This document shows, one piece after another, positions 25,577-38,801 of a stretch of DNA of 64,000 nt. Positions within the stretch are counted from its first letter, which is position 1. Each line of letters opens with the position of its first letter. The position numbers and the translations under genes are program-made. The notes beneath the pieces are model-generated. The model worked only from the letters and a program-made list of their open reading frames with translations. It was not told the origin of the DNA and did no database searches. This DNA comes from Lama glama (Eukaryota): assembly GCA_028534125.1 (NCBI GenBank), contig CM052818.1, positions 40,922,001-40,986,000 on the forward strand, read 5' to 3'.

Positions 25577-26374
25577 ATGTAGACTCTGTGCATCCAGGAC
25601 CTGAAGGAGCCTGGAGAGGTCGGGAGAGGCAGGCTGGAGGAGGGGGGCCTGAGCGGGCTCCGGAGGTAGCAGGAGGTGAGCAGGCATGTGTGCGTTTGTG
25701 GGTTGTTGGGGGGCGGCCTGTGGGAGGTGCTGTGGGAAACGGAAACCAAGGGCCAGTGGGGGGAGACGCCCAGTGAGTCGCTGAGTGCGTGGGTGACCTT
25801 GCCGCCGAGGGGACAGAGGCTGCAGGGGGCGCTGAGCTGGGGCTGAGGGGCCCCAGGGAGCCTCCTCCTCCAGCCCCAGTTGTCTGTGCATTAGATGAGA
25901 CTGCGGTCCTGACTCCTGACAGGGAAGCTCTCCTCTCACATTTCCATATTTATCTCTCTGCAGGGAAAGCAGAAAGCAGCCTTCCGACAGGCTCCCCTGC
26001 CCCCACCTCCGCCAGGCTCATGAATAAAGATGCAGAGCTCCCCAAGGGGAGCCCTCCAGGCCTTCCCTGGAGGGGAGGGGAGGCCCGGCAGGGCGGGAGG
26101 CGCTGGAAAAGAACGGCCAGCAGCCCTAGGTGGAGGCCTGGGCCTGGGCCCCAGGGTCAGGGTGGACCGCCTACATGTAACACCCAGAGCCCCAGAATCA
26201 TTTCTCCTCTTAGGGCCTCAGTTTCTCTGCCTGTAAATCAGGAGACTGAACAAAATGTTTGAAGATCGTCCTTCCAGGCCTGACTCTCTGTGCTTCTATC
26301 CTAAAGAAAGGTAGATGTTTTATGACAGCTAAACACCCTCCAGATGCAGGACCGACTGTGAATACCTCTGAGAG

Positions 26375-26680
26375 GAGCCCTGTTGGGGATGGAAAGATGC
26401 TGTGAGCCACAAACGTGAGCCACGTAGGTCACCTGAAGTTTTCTAATAACCATATTTTAAAAAAACAGGTGAAATTAATTCTAATAAAATTTTATTTAAT
26501 CCAGTATATTATATCATTTTAACATGTAATTGGTAGTAGAGTTTTAACGAAATATTTGACATTTGGGAGGACTGTCTTTGAAATCGGTGTGTATGCCTCA
26601 CTTAGGGTCCGTCTCCATCCCACTGACCTCGGTCTGAGTGCTTGTGGCTTCTGGCTGCCAGGTGGAACCTTGCAGCTCTG
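26375..26680. mobile_element. MER33/MER3-like hAT MITE
   Basis: gtgagccaca...aagttttctaataaccatattttaaaaaaacaggtgaaattaatt. Confidence 0.6.
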
Positions 26681-28282
26681 GACACTGCATACGATGAAAA
26701 AGCATCTGTTTTAATTACCTAAATTCTAGAAATATAGGCAATTGCTTCAAATGAACTTTGGGGCTATGTACATATCACAGCATAAGCAGACACTCGGTCA
26801 GGGAAGCAGCAGACTGAGTGTTAACCAGCAGAGCTGTGAGCCTTGGGAAAAGGCTGTGACCTCTCAGGCCCTTTTACCAGTTTTGACTCCTGCCCTTGGA
26901 CACCCCCGGCTTCTTGGCCAGCGAGTGGCTAGCTGGCCTGGGCCTCCTGCTGATGTGTGGAGCTTTATTCCAGATCCAGCGCCTAATGCCTCCAGACCTT
27001 GGTCACATCTCCCATCTCCCCAAAACCCTGGCTTGTATTTGCCCATCCCGGGTACGTGCACAGGAGTGGCATGGTGCTAAGGCCCCGGTTTTGCACAAAG
27101 TTTCTGAAATGTCACTCTGGGGAACAGCTCTCTCCAGCAATTCCTGACCGTCTGAGAGAGATCAATACTGTTTTTCCTTCTCTGAGCAGCAGTAGGAGAG
27201 ACAGCTTGGCTTAGAGGAACGAGTGGAGATCTGAAGCTAGAGTGACTCGTCAGATCCCGGCTCCACTTCTGAAGTGGCCATGTGGCCTTGAGGAAGGCAC
27301 TTTGCTTCTGAGCCTCAGTTGCAGGTGTGCAAAGACCATTCCCAGTGGTGGACGATGCACTAGCTTATGTAAAGCATTTTGTACAGTGCCAGGTACACGG
27401 AAAACACTAAAAAAAAACCAAAGTAGCTTCTTTTCCTCCTGCCCTCAGGATCAAGGATGCCGATTTTTCAGAGTCTAAATGACACTTTGTGCCATCTTTG
27501 ATAATAAAGTGCCTTTACCCCAGAGAGGTGTAACTGACCACACACTGATTCACACCAGTGAACTAGACATTGATTTAAGCCCTTTTATCTGTTTCAACTT
27601 AATTCTCTCAACTATCCTATGAGGTAATGCCCATAGATGAGGACTCTGAGGCACAGAGGGGTTAAGTAACTTTCTCAAGGTCACACAGTAAATGGCGGAA
27701 TGGAGGCATGAACCTGGGAAGTCTACCTGCAGAGCCTTGGGGCTGATTCGTTTTTTCTGGCTCTTATACCAGAGCAGGACTGCTAGGGAAGGAGACTTTC
27801 GACCTTAAGCTCCATAGGCAAGAACCACAAACCAGGGTGGAAGCTTTCAGGGCGGCCAGAATGATGACCTGAACCAGGATCATCCTGCCAAGGCAAATCC
27901 CATCAGCAGATATTTATGAATTTTTCCATTTTGCCTGCTGCCTGTTATCAGCCAGCAGCTTCCTCGCCGCCCACGGCTTCTGTTCGGATTCTATTTTCTG
28001 GAGCATCAGTCCCAGTAGGTCCCTGAGATTCCTGGCCCAGCACCAGCGCCCTGACTGTATTGTCTCTGGGGTGTCCTTCTGGTGGCTGCACACCCCTGCC
28101 CTCAGCTCAAGTCCCTCCAGAGGACCCTTCCCCTCCCGCAGGGCACCTGTGGTTGCAGCAGCCAGGGAGGAATTTAATTCCCGGCTCTGCCCAACAGCCT
28201 GTTGCTAAGCAGCTGGTGCACGCTGAGATGTGTGGAAGGAAACCCTCATGGTGACAAAAACAAGCCCTCATGTGCCCAGAGC

Positions 28283-28299
28283 CACATGCGTGCATGCAC

Positions 28300-28386
<87 letters not shown>

Positions 28387-28395
28387 CGCGCGTGT
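28283..28395. repeat. Compound microsatellite: alternating purine-pyrimidine/(GT)n, then (AG)21, then (CG)5
   Basis: Seen directly. Confidence 0.95.
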
Positions 28396-28989
28396 TTAAA
28401 GGAGCAGGGATGGGGGGTAGGGGGTTGAGCTTCCCTCCCACTCAGGCGCAGCTGCCAGCCAGCGCTCGCTTTGGGGCAGAACCAAGCTGAAGCATCGAAG
28501 CATGGATTCCCTGCAGCAGGACCCCCGCAGACACGGGAGGGAGCCGCAGGGAAGCCAGGCGGGGCGGCCGGGCGGAGGGTGGAGCTAAACTGGAAAGCAG
28601 GGTGCTAACCATCATCTCTTTTTTGGTAGTTGTGCTCCCAGAACAGAAAAAAATACACAGAACACCTGTCTTCCTCCTCTCCCAGCTCCTACTCGAGAAC
28701 CTCATTCTTGCTAGGCTGAGCCTGGTTCCCACACAGAGGCGAAATGAGGGTGCAGGGACAGGAGAAGGGGGCCGCAGGGAGTCTGCGCCTTGGACTCACT
28801 TTTCTCACTGCTGCTTCGCAGGGCGTCTTCCCCGCCCAGGCAAGGCCCCATGTCGCCCGTGTCATTTGTTGCTCTCGCCCTGCACAACGTGCTGAGAGGC
28901 TCTTAAATACGGAGGCTGAGAGAGGGCGGGACAGAAGCCTGGACTGCCCTCCCTCCTGGTCAACTGCAGCACAAAGCTGGCTTCCAGTC

Positions 28990-29173
28990 TTGTCAGGAGC
29001 TCTTACATAATTTGTGGGGCCCAGAACAGAATGAAAATGTGGGCCTCTTGCTCAACAATGATTAAGAATTTCAAGATGGCAAGAGCAGAGAGAGCATTAA
29101 ACCAAAAGCAGGCCCTTCTGAGCACAGGGCCCTGAGCGGTGGTGCGGGGCACACACCCCTGAAGCCAGCCCTG
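28990..29173. mobile_element. MER45-like hAT-Tip100 MITE
   Basis: acataatttgtggggcccag...aatgaaaatgtgggcc...gaagccagccctg. Confidence 0.65.
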
Positions 29174-32100
29174 AGTTTTGCCTCTGCGCTCCTGTTAGAA
29201 TGAGCTAGTACGTAAACAAGGCTAACCCTTTCACTCGCTACTGAAAGCTCTCTGATGTCCTCACCACCACAGTCTCCTATAGCCCTAGGGAGAAAGCTAC
29301 CCTGCTTAGCCCAGTCCTACAGACCCTTCTGGCTCCGAGTCCTGCAAAGCTCTCCAGCCTCATTTCCCAGCCCACCCCTTGGACACTCCATGCCTGTGTG
29401 AGCCACTGGAATTCCTCCCAAACTGTTCTGTCAAATTTTTCTCTCTGTCTGCCAGGAATATTACTTTTCTCTCTCATTCTTTGCTACTTCCCATTCGACC
29501 TTTGTCACTCATCTCAAATGTCACCTCCTCCGAGCTGTCTTCCCAGATTGCACTTCCTTTCAATCCCAGAGTTCACACTCACCCCACCAACACTTCCCCT
29601 CTGAGGGATGACGGAGCCCTGCTTGTATCATTGTGTTCAGGACACTCCCCACTCATCTTTGTCATGATCTGTTTATACGCCTGCCTCCCACTCTGCTAGG
29701 AGGTCCTCGGGAGGAGGGTCATGCCTGACTCATCTATGTATCCCCAGGGCCAGGAATACAGTGGACATTCAATCAATAGCTCTTGACCAACTTAATGGGT
29801 TGACCCACCAGATCAGTCCTCCACCAGATCTGTCATATATAGTTCTGTTGTTACTTTATATTAAATTACACAAGAGTTTTTTGTTTTGCATGCTGATTTC
29901 TACATTTCTTTTATAACTCTTCTCCATAGAGTGATCTGCTGAAGGAGATTCATTGTGGATATTTTTAAAAGTACTTTTATTTTCATTTAATGAAAATAGC
30001 ATTTTTTTCTGACTATAAATATAACACATTTATAAAGAAAAAACTTTTAAACACAGCAATTAAGGAATAATTATCTAAAACCTTGCCACTCAGAGAGAGC
30101 TGCTATTAACAGTTCATTCATTTTTTTCACCAAGTTTTTCTTGAACACTGACTATGTTTCATGCATTGGAGACAACAGCAGTGAATCATATGCACAAAAA
30201 GCCTTGTCTCCATTCTAGTCATTGTTTATGTAAACAGAACAGAGTGTCACTCAATCTCAGTTATTCAAAGGGTTAAGTTTGCACAATTCTGCACACACCA
30301 CATACGCACACACACACAAGCATGTATATTAGTAATTTCTAATGAAGTTTATTTATTTAGTGATATGCCATGAAAATCTTTTCATGCCACTGGCTTTAAA
30401 CATATGTCCCTCTTTTTCATAGTTAATATATTTTGTAATTTCTTTAGCCAAATCTTAACTCTTAGGCAACTGTTTAAAACGTCACTGTCATCAAAACTTC
30501 CGTGAAATTTCTTTTTTTTTTTTTCCATAAAATTGATCTGGTTACCTCCTAAAATAGATGGCTGGTTTAAGAGTACACAAATTTTAACTCTGATGTGTAT
30601 TGCCAAATGGCATTCCGATAGATAACCAGAGTGCTAACTTGTCCTGTATCTTTGACAACATGGGGTCTGAGAATTCGGCCTCATCTCTGCTCTTCTGGTA
30701 GAAGAAAAATGATATCACATTATTAACTAAGCACTTCTCTGATTCCTAGTGAGATGAAATAGATCTTTTCTGTTTCCTTTGGGAAAACTCGTAAGTAAGC
30801 TTGGTTATAATGTTTTCTTTTTTAACCTATATAGAAGTTGACATTTTTAGAGAGTCCAACCCATCAGTATTTTTCTAAATGGCTTCTGGCTTGGAGGTCA
30901 CACTTTGAAAGGTCTTCTCTACACTGAGATTCAACATACTCCTTTATATTTCCTTCTACTTCTCTCTCTCATTTACCCTTGAATATCCACATTTACTTTG
31001 TGAATATCATGAGGAGACAACTGTTACATGATTTAATGAAGAGCCCATTTTTCCCCGGACTGTTTGAGATGCCACATTTCCTCCATTTACTCAGGCCTGT
31101 TTGCACCTTCTTTAGCTGCCAGGCAGTCTATTCCTCTGTCAATAGCATTCTGCCTGAATTATTGCAAGTGTACGATACATTTTAATTTGTGGCCAGCATT
31201 CCCCTTCCTCTTTTGATTATTTTGAAAATACATTCTTCCAGAGGCACTTCAAAATAATTAGGTCAAGCTGCAAAACAACCAAAGCGAAACCCGAGGAGAT
31301 TCTGGCTGAGACTACTTTGAGCTGCTACATTCATTTAGGGAGGGCTGGCATCTCTGCAGGACTGAGCCTTCCTATCCAAGAACTAGGAGCGGCCATTTGC
31401 TTGTTTATGTCCGCCCAACAGATCAGGCCCCTGGAGTGTGCGAACAGACAGCTCCCTTTCTCACAGAGCTCCAGGCCTTGAAGCTTGGAGTAGAGGCACT
31501 GAGCGCTTGGAATGACCCAGGAGGGACTCTGGGTTAGAATCCCGGGGGTCACTGTAGCCCACGGCCTCATAAGTCAGTTCTGCTGGACTCAGAGCAGCAT
31601 ACACAGGGAAGGGACTTAGACAATCTGGCCCCAGGAATAAATGTATCTTTCTCTGGAGAAATTGCCCCAGCCTAGATCTCAGTAGGGTTGACCCAAAAGG
31701 CCCTTCCTGAGCGAAGGGAAGGGCTTCTAATTTGGGCCTACCCCCCAGGGTAGGTGCTTTATGTAAGCATCTCCTTGCATCTCCCTGACCCTGGAGGTGG
31801 GTGACGTTGCTTCACCTAACAGGGAACGAGCCGGTTCGGTGACTCGTCCAAGACCTGGGAGCTAAAGCTCTGGGATTGGATCCTAGACCTGTCTGCCCCT
31901 AAGCCTTCCACTAAATCACCCTGAGCATCAAGGGACCTAATAACAGCCTGAAAACCCAGCCTGGGAGTGGGTGGGGACGGAGGGGAGGAGACAGCCCTGG
32001 AGCCTCAGGCTGGGTGCCCGGAAATAGGGCCAAGTCGGGTGGATACCTAAGGGATGTGCAGGGACAGGGGAAGGCCCTGGCTCTGAGCCCTGCAAGGAAG

Positions 32101-32491
32101 GTAGGCATTCTCTTTGCCTACCAGGGGCCTGGAGTTTTGAAATTCAGACGAGAAAGAGCTGAAGCTCTGTGATGGTGGGAGATGCAGGATCAAAACAGGT
32201 GGGGCAGAGGAGAGAATGAGGCCGTGGAGCGCAGGGCTGTGTCCTCCAGCGCCTGGAGCAGGTGGCAGGGCCGGCCCCTGAGCCCTGGCGCCTCAAAGAC
32301 ACGGCGGGGCTGCAGACCAGGCAGGAGGCCGAGCTCCGTGTCCGGCTCAGGGCACAGCCTGCCTGGGTCCAGTGCCTTCCCTGAGCCTTCTAACTCAAGA
32401 ACCTTGGATGTTATGGAGTAAAACCTCCCTCGTACCCAGAGGTGGCTAGCTTGTTCAAGGGCTGTGGGACTTTGAATTTCTCATTCAACAT

Positions 32492-32944
32492 TGTGAACAA
32501 AATAGAACAAAGAGTGTCACTCATCATCAGTTATACAAAGGGGTAAGTCACAAGCCAGGGACAGTGAGCCCCGAGGGGAATTCAGGATGGGAAAAACAGG
32601 ATGGGGCTCTCTGTGCTTTGGAAAAAGGCCCCATAGATAGTTAGATGTGTATCTCAGAAAGAGCTTCAGTGAGCCCAGATTCTTGCATCTTTCTACTCGT
32701 AGAAAAGCACTAAAATCGTTTAGATGTCCGTTCTTTGTGATCAGCAGTCACCTTTTACCAAGACGTATGCCTGCCTACCTAACCTCCAAACTCATATGTA
32801 CCGGCTCCTCCCCTACCTCTTCAGAGCAGTTTCTCAGGGGACTGAGAGGCTGTCTCCTGGACTATGGTTCTCTGTCAGACCCTGAATTAAACACAACACG
32901 CAACTCTTACCTTGTGTGTGGTTTTTTTTTTCTTTCAGTCAACA
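32492..32944 (+). mobile_element. Solo ERV LTR related to 20451-20944
   Basis: TG...CA termini, ending tttcagtcaaca; flanks acat/acac. Shared blocks agaaaagcactaaa and ccggctcctcccctacctcttc. Confidence 0.7.
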
Positions 32945-35401
32945 ACACTGTCTAAAAGGAGGTGTTCCAACAAACTAAAACCCACATCTGAACACTCAGA
33001 TTGCTGCAGCTCGCACAGACCTCTTCTCTCCTTGGAACAAAACTACTTCCCCAGGTCCCCAGCCTTGCATCACCATCCAAGGGCGGTGTTGCCTAAAACA
33101 CACACTTCACACCGTCGCAGATCTCCTTAACATCTCCCCTGCCCCTTCCTGCCCAGAGGAAACAGCCAGTGTGGGCTCCCAAGCGTGGCCTTCCAGGGCT
33201 TTCCAAATGTGGTACTGGTCTCTCATCACACCCTCCCTCCCCTCTACACTATACCCCGGATGTACTGAATTAGTTGCTTTTATTCAAATTCTCCATGTGC
33301 CCCCAATTCTAGGTTAAGGTAACTCGTATTAGATTCACAGCATGTGTCAGACACGGCGCTAGACCCAGAAGAATACAGAGCGAGAGAGAAGGTGCATTGC
33401 TGCCCTCAGCTCACACTCTTAGCCTTTGCTTACTCGGGCCAGAGTCCCCAGCCTGGATGTGTGCTTTCTTAACCTTTAATGTAGGGCACCCACCTTACTG
33501 TGTCTTACTTTACAGCTGTGTGTCTGTGTCTGCCCTGCTACACTGGGGTGGACTACCATAGGGAAAAGGCCATTTCTTGTCTGTCTTTGTAACCCTCAAA
33601 GCCAAGGGCAGGGCATAAGACAGGTGCCCCCTGGGAAGAATGAGTAAGGACTAGAAGCAATTTTACAGGTTTGTCTGCATGTAAATACATATGAGTGTCT
33701 GAGGTGCAATCCTCTAATCTCCTCCTGTAACCCCGACACAGCCCCACAGCTATGTGGTAGGAGGTGCCCAAGTCCGGAGTCATGTGGGCCTGGGTTTGCA
33801 TCCCGGCCATGAAGTTGTTTGGATGCAGTGTTGTTGAAATGAGGGCGGAGCTGCTGGAATGGGCTAGGAACAGCTGGCCTTGGACCAAAAGAAGCCCTTT
33901 ATTGCTTTCCTTGCTGCTCGGGGCTTACTCACTCCTGAGTCTCTGTGGCAGGGGTGCTGGACCCCGCAGGCCGTGGCAATGGTCAGACCTGGAGGAGGTG
34001 GGGCTGGCTTAGAAGTGCTGTAGCTCCTTATCATGAGAATAAATTAATGAATCTTCCCAGCGCCTCTTCTGAGAATCCAGTGAAGCTTCCAGCCAGTGAC
34101 AGTTTTTTCCTGGCGTCCTGGAATCATGGCTAATGCTCTGGAATTATGGCTAATGCCTCAAACTAGGAATCAAAGGCTCAAAGCACTCCTCATTCAAACT
34201 TCAGAGAGCTGCAGGCAGTTGGGGGTCAGTCACATGCTGGTGGGGGTTTATTAGAAGGTGCTAATCCAGGAACCAGTCCTGTATCCGAGGATGGTGTCCC
34301 AGGTCAGCTGAGAGAGCCTGTCCCCTTTCCTCCCACGTAGGGCGGGGACGGGGTGGGCGGGGGTGAGTGAGTGCTTCCTCTGCTCACAGTCAAAGCGGGC
34401 GACTCCAAGGGGATTTCTCTAACGGAACGGCTGTTCCTGTGTAAAGGAGAGGCTGGTGTCTTGTTCCCTGGATGGGTGTGTGGGTGGTTCCCTAATGGCC
34501 CCTGTGCTTCTGGCTGGGGAGCACTGGAGAAACATGATGTGCCAGAGAATGTATAAGCCGGATGCTCCTCATTCTGGTCCCTCTTCCCAGTTCCTAGTTC
34601 CTAAGGGGGCTGGACAGTGGCTCCTGCATCTGGCCACCAACCTAAGAGCTGGCCTCGAGTCTTCACAAGAAAGCAGCAGGAAATCCACGACTCCCAAGGG
34701 GCAGCCAGTGCTTAGGGGCCCCGCATAGTCACAAGCTTTGCTCTCGTTGGGGAAGCCTATTGGAGTCACGGCCATCCTTCAGGGAGTCTGAGACAACGGG
34801 CTAGGTTAGAAGATGGGCCTGGGAGAGGACTGGAACCTGCCTAGTTCGGTAAGAGGGGGACTCCCCTTCCTCTCTGTTTTCCCCGCCCCAAAGCCCTGAA
34901 GGGGCGGAGGAGCTAGTTAGTCATAGAGGACACAGGGCTGCTGTGTCAAGAGCTGATCATTGAAACTCCCACCCCCACCCCTAGAAGCTGCCGCCAGAGA
35001 CGTCAGCCTGCACTGGGGGAGGGACGGAGAGGCGGACTTGAGATGGAGCTTTTTTAAATGAATAAGACTGAGTCCTAAATACCTGAAATGAGTCTGTTCT
35101 AATAACCAAAAGTGACTGCAAACTTCAGGAATCTGGCCCAGATGCTGTCAAAGCAAGTGCTACACGGGACGGAGTAGCATGATCGCCACGTGGATTATGA
35201 GGAGAAAAACCACTTCACATCTATAAGTCACGGAGTCGAGATTCTTCAGGAAACCTGGTGACCAGTACTGAGTTGCATTACAGCTGCTACTGTTACGGTA
35301 ACCAGGGTACTTTGAGCCCCTGGGTGCCGACCACCATAGTAGCATTTCACAGAGGTGCTTTCATTTAAAATATCTTAGTTATACATTTGAATATTATTTG
35401 T

Positions 35402-35897
35402 TGCATTAGTTTCCTGTTGGTGTTGTAATAAATGCCTCAAGCTTGTTGGCGTAAAACAATACAAATGTGTTATCTTAACACTTCCGGAGGTCAAAAGTGT
35501 GACATGGGTCTCCCTGGGCTAACATCCAGGTGTTGGCAGGGCTGTGTTCCCTTCTGAAGCTCTAGGAGAGCATCCATCCCCTCGCCTTGTTTTCATTCTG
35601 CAGACTGCCCACCTTCCTTGGCTTGTGGCCCCTTCCTTCATCTTTAAAGCTAGCAATGCGTGGTGGAATCCTCACATCACATGTCTGTGATCTCCTCTTC
35701 CACTTCTGAGGATCCCCTGTGATTACACTGGGTCCAGGTGGATGATTCAGGATTATCCCCCCTACTTTAAGGTCAGCTGATTAGACACCTAAGTTCCATC
35801 TACTATGTTCATTCTCCTTTGCCACGTAACGTAGCATATTCATACTAGGGATCAGGATGTGGGCATCTTTGGGGAAGCATTACTCTGACTACTGCAC
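35402..35897 (-). mobile_element. MLT1 (C/D-like) MaLR solo LTR
   Basis: tgcattagtttcct...aaaacaatacaaatg...ggtgttggcagggctgtgttccc...gattacactggg. Confidence 0.75.
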
Positions 35898-36299
35898 TTG
35901 TCATTTTTCACATTTTATACAGGAGGCAAAAGGCACAGAGAGGGAGAGTGACTAATCCAAGTTTACCCAGTTAGGAAGCTGCAGACCAATTGATAACCAC
36001 ACCTTGGAGGCAGCTGTCCACATACAGGCTTGGCTCCCCAGAAGCACTGGTCTGACATTTATCAGCTAAATCAACCCTGACCTTAATGCAGAAACCAGTC
36101 TGGGAGACTTCCTTTCTCAAGTGTTGCTGTGCAGAAATCAATGTTTCTGATCAGCTCCTTTAGTCCGTATCGTACTTATTAAGGTCATCATAAGGTGTTT
36201 CTACAGCAGAATTACAGCTGGTTCTTGGCCTTTAATTTGGCTTGTGGTGTTTTAGAACTTAAAATATCTTTAATTCATACATAGTTGAACTATGAATCT

Positions 36300-37520
36300 C
36301 ATAGACAATTTCCATTACTTTTCTCCTAGAAATAGTCCTTCATCCAGACAGTCAATTAACAGCCACTTCTATTTCCTTAGTTTCCTAATTATTTAACTTA
36401 AACAATAACTCTGTAATTTATCTGGAATTTATTTAGTGTCTAAATTTCTTTCTCACTCTCTACCCACAAAAAAACCAATCAATGTCCCAGTAGTCATTAG
36501 TCTGATGGCATCTAATTACATGCTACGTTCCTACGTATGTGAAGGGTTGTTTCTGCCCTAATTGTGCCATTTTTCGGGGGGGGAGGCACCAGTACCATAC
36601 ATACTATTTTAATTACTGAAGTCATCAAACATGCTTTCATATCTGACAGAACTAGTATCCCACTTACTTAAAAGCCAGCTGGTCTCAGCTGTTTATTCTT
36701 CCAAGTGAACCTCAGAATCATCTAAAATTGACATTTAATTGCACCTAAAATTAATTACAGAATAAGTGATACCTTTATAATACATAATTCTGTTTTCCGG
36801 GAACACTGTGTTTCTCTCCATTTACTTAAGTCCTCTTCTGTGCCCCTCTTCATAAAGCCCCACACTTTTTTTTTCCTAAAAGTTGCTTCTAGGTATTTTA
36901 TTTCATTGCTCTCATAAGGGTTAGCCTTTTCTAATATATTTTCTGATTAATTATTGACAGAATATAGGAAAGGGAATGACTTACATTTTTAACTTCGATC
37001 TACCCATTTAAAATTAAACATTTTAATGTAATTTTTATGTTGATTCCCCTAGATTTTTCAGGGGGTACGTAGTCCCTCAATAATGATAAATATACCTCTT
37101 AATTTCTGATAATAGTGCTGATCTCGTGTCATACCAGGAGGAGATGAATTTCCATAACAAAAATGAATAACAGAGGTGAAATATCATGGGTGTCCCTTTG
37201 TCAGTCTTGACTACTAGATGCCTATTATTAAAGATGCTAATGCCAATGTAGGTTTAAGATAGCAACACTTCCTCAAATTAAAGAATGTCCCTCAGTCATT
37301 AAAGTGTTTTTTCTTTTAGATGATATTGTTTTTAAATGCATCTAGCCAAATGATTATATGTTTTAAAAAATATTGATATAATTATATTACAAAGTGTTTA
37401 TAGTCTTTCTAACACTAAACTATCCTTAAACTCCTGGGATGGTTGAGGGGTAAACTTACTTGATTGTAGTCAATGATTGTTCTAATGTGAATTAATATGA
37501 ATTACTAAGATTCATGGAAG
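36300..37520 (-). mobile_element. Degraded ancient L1 fragment
   Basis: AT/T-rich with antisense L1 motifs (tttattcttccaagtgaac, tttctctccatttacttaagtcctc). Confidence 0.5.
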
Positions 37521-38639
37521 ATTTTTCTATCTATGTTTAGAGGTAAGCCTGGTGCTGGATTAAGAGACAGGCTGGAAGAGGTTGCTGGTTTGGGATGCCT
37601 CTGGGTTTGATATCTGTCATGGTTGGGGGGAGGGGGAGGCAAGAAAGGGTCCCAGAAGATGGGAGGAGAATGAAGGAGGAGATGAGGCCCCTGTTCAGGT
37701 GACCCTCTCGCATTTTGACTTTCATGATCTCCCTAGCTATCCGGAAGAATGCAACCGAAGAATCGGTAGCCTCCCCAGAACCGCTGATTTTCACAGGGCA
37801 GCCTGTTAAGTGAGATTCCCTGTTAAGTGAGGCTCTGGAAGCTGTTTAAGAAAGCTCTTCTTCATCAGTTTCATTCTTGTCCATGAAAATGACCGGACTG
37901 CTCATGACTCACCATTACGTAAACAAAAGTCTATTGTGTTTTCATATTAACTTGCCTTATTTTACTCCTTAGCATCTGATTACACAAATATTCTCTTACA
38001 GTTTTCTTGCACTTGGCTGTGAGAGGATTAAAACTGCATTCCTTAGGAATCGTGTAAAATTCAAGTGAGCCTTCCCCAGAGCATTTAAATTGAGAGGTTT
38101 CACTCTACTTTTTTCCTGAATTTATCAGGAGTTACTCTGTGTGTGTGTGTGGTTTTTTTTTTTTTCTTTTTTTAACACAAGCAAGGGAAGATTGTGTGAT
38201 CTTTGCTATTTTTTACTATACAGCCTTTTTGATTTCTGAGGCTTGGAATCTATTTGTAATGTCATTGGATAAAAGACAACGGTGGGTGTAAAAATCTTTT
38301 TCTCAGAAGATATTATCGTGACTAGCACATTGCTCACCTACCACCCACCTTCCCAGGCGAGCAGAGATGACTACATTCTTCTGATGGTCCCTTGGTTTTA
38401 ATTATAGGCCTTATCTGTGGGTGAGGGATCCCAGGCCAAAGCCAGCAACAGTCCTCCATCCTGAAAAGCTACGTACCTATGCAGAGCGGTCCCCTGGGAG
38501 CTCAGCTATCGTCCCCCAGGGAGGAGGCCCCGCCCACCTCCACCTGGGTCACCTGGTGGGTGTCTCCTGGCCTTGTTACCTCTAGCCTGTCCCTTTCTGC
38601 CACTGCTGCCAAACCAACCACTTAAAAAGGGGCCTATTC

Positions 38640-38801
38640 CTACTGTATAGCACAGGGAACTATCTTTAATTTCTTGTAATAAGCTATAATGGAAAAAAAT
38701 CTGAAACAAAATATGTATGTGTATGTATAACTGAATCTCTTTGCTGTACACCTGAAACTGACACTGTAAATCAACTCCACTTCTATAAAGTATAAAATTT
38801 T
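38640..38801 (+). mobile_element. 5'-truncated cetartiodactyl-type L1 3' end with TSD
   Basis: ctactgtatagcacagggaactat...ctttgctgtacacctgaaact...gtaaatcaact. TSD aaaaagggg(g)cctattc at 38624-38639 and 38802-38818. Confidence 0.88.

Noticed and set aside
25268..25939. 223-aa minus-strand ORF
   Set aside because: Pro/Gln/Leu-rich, runs through a MER5 element in GC-rich sequence, no homology recognised.
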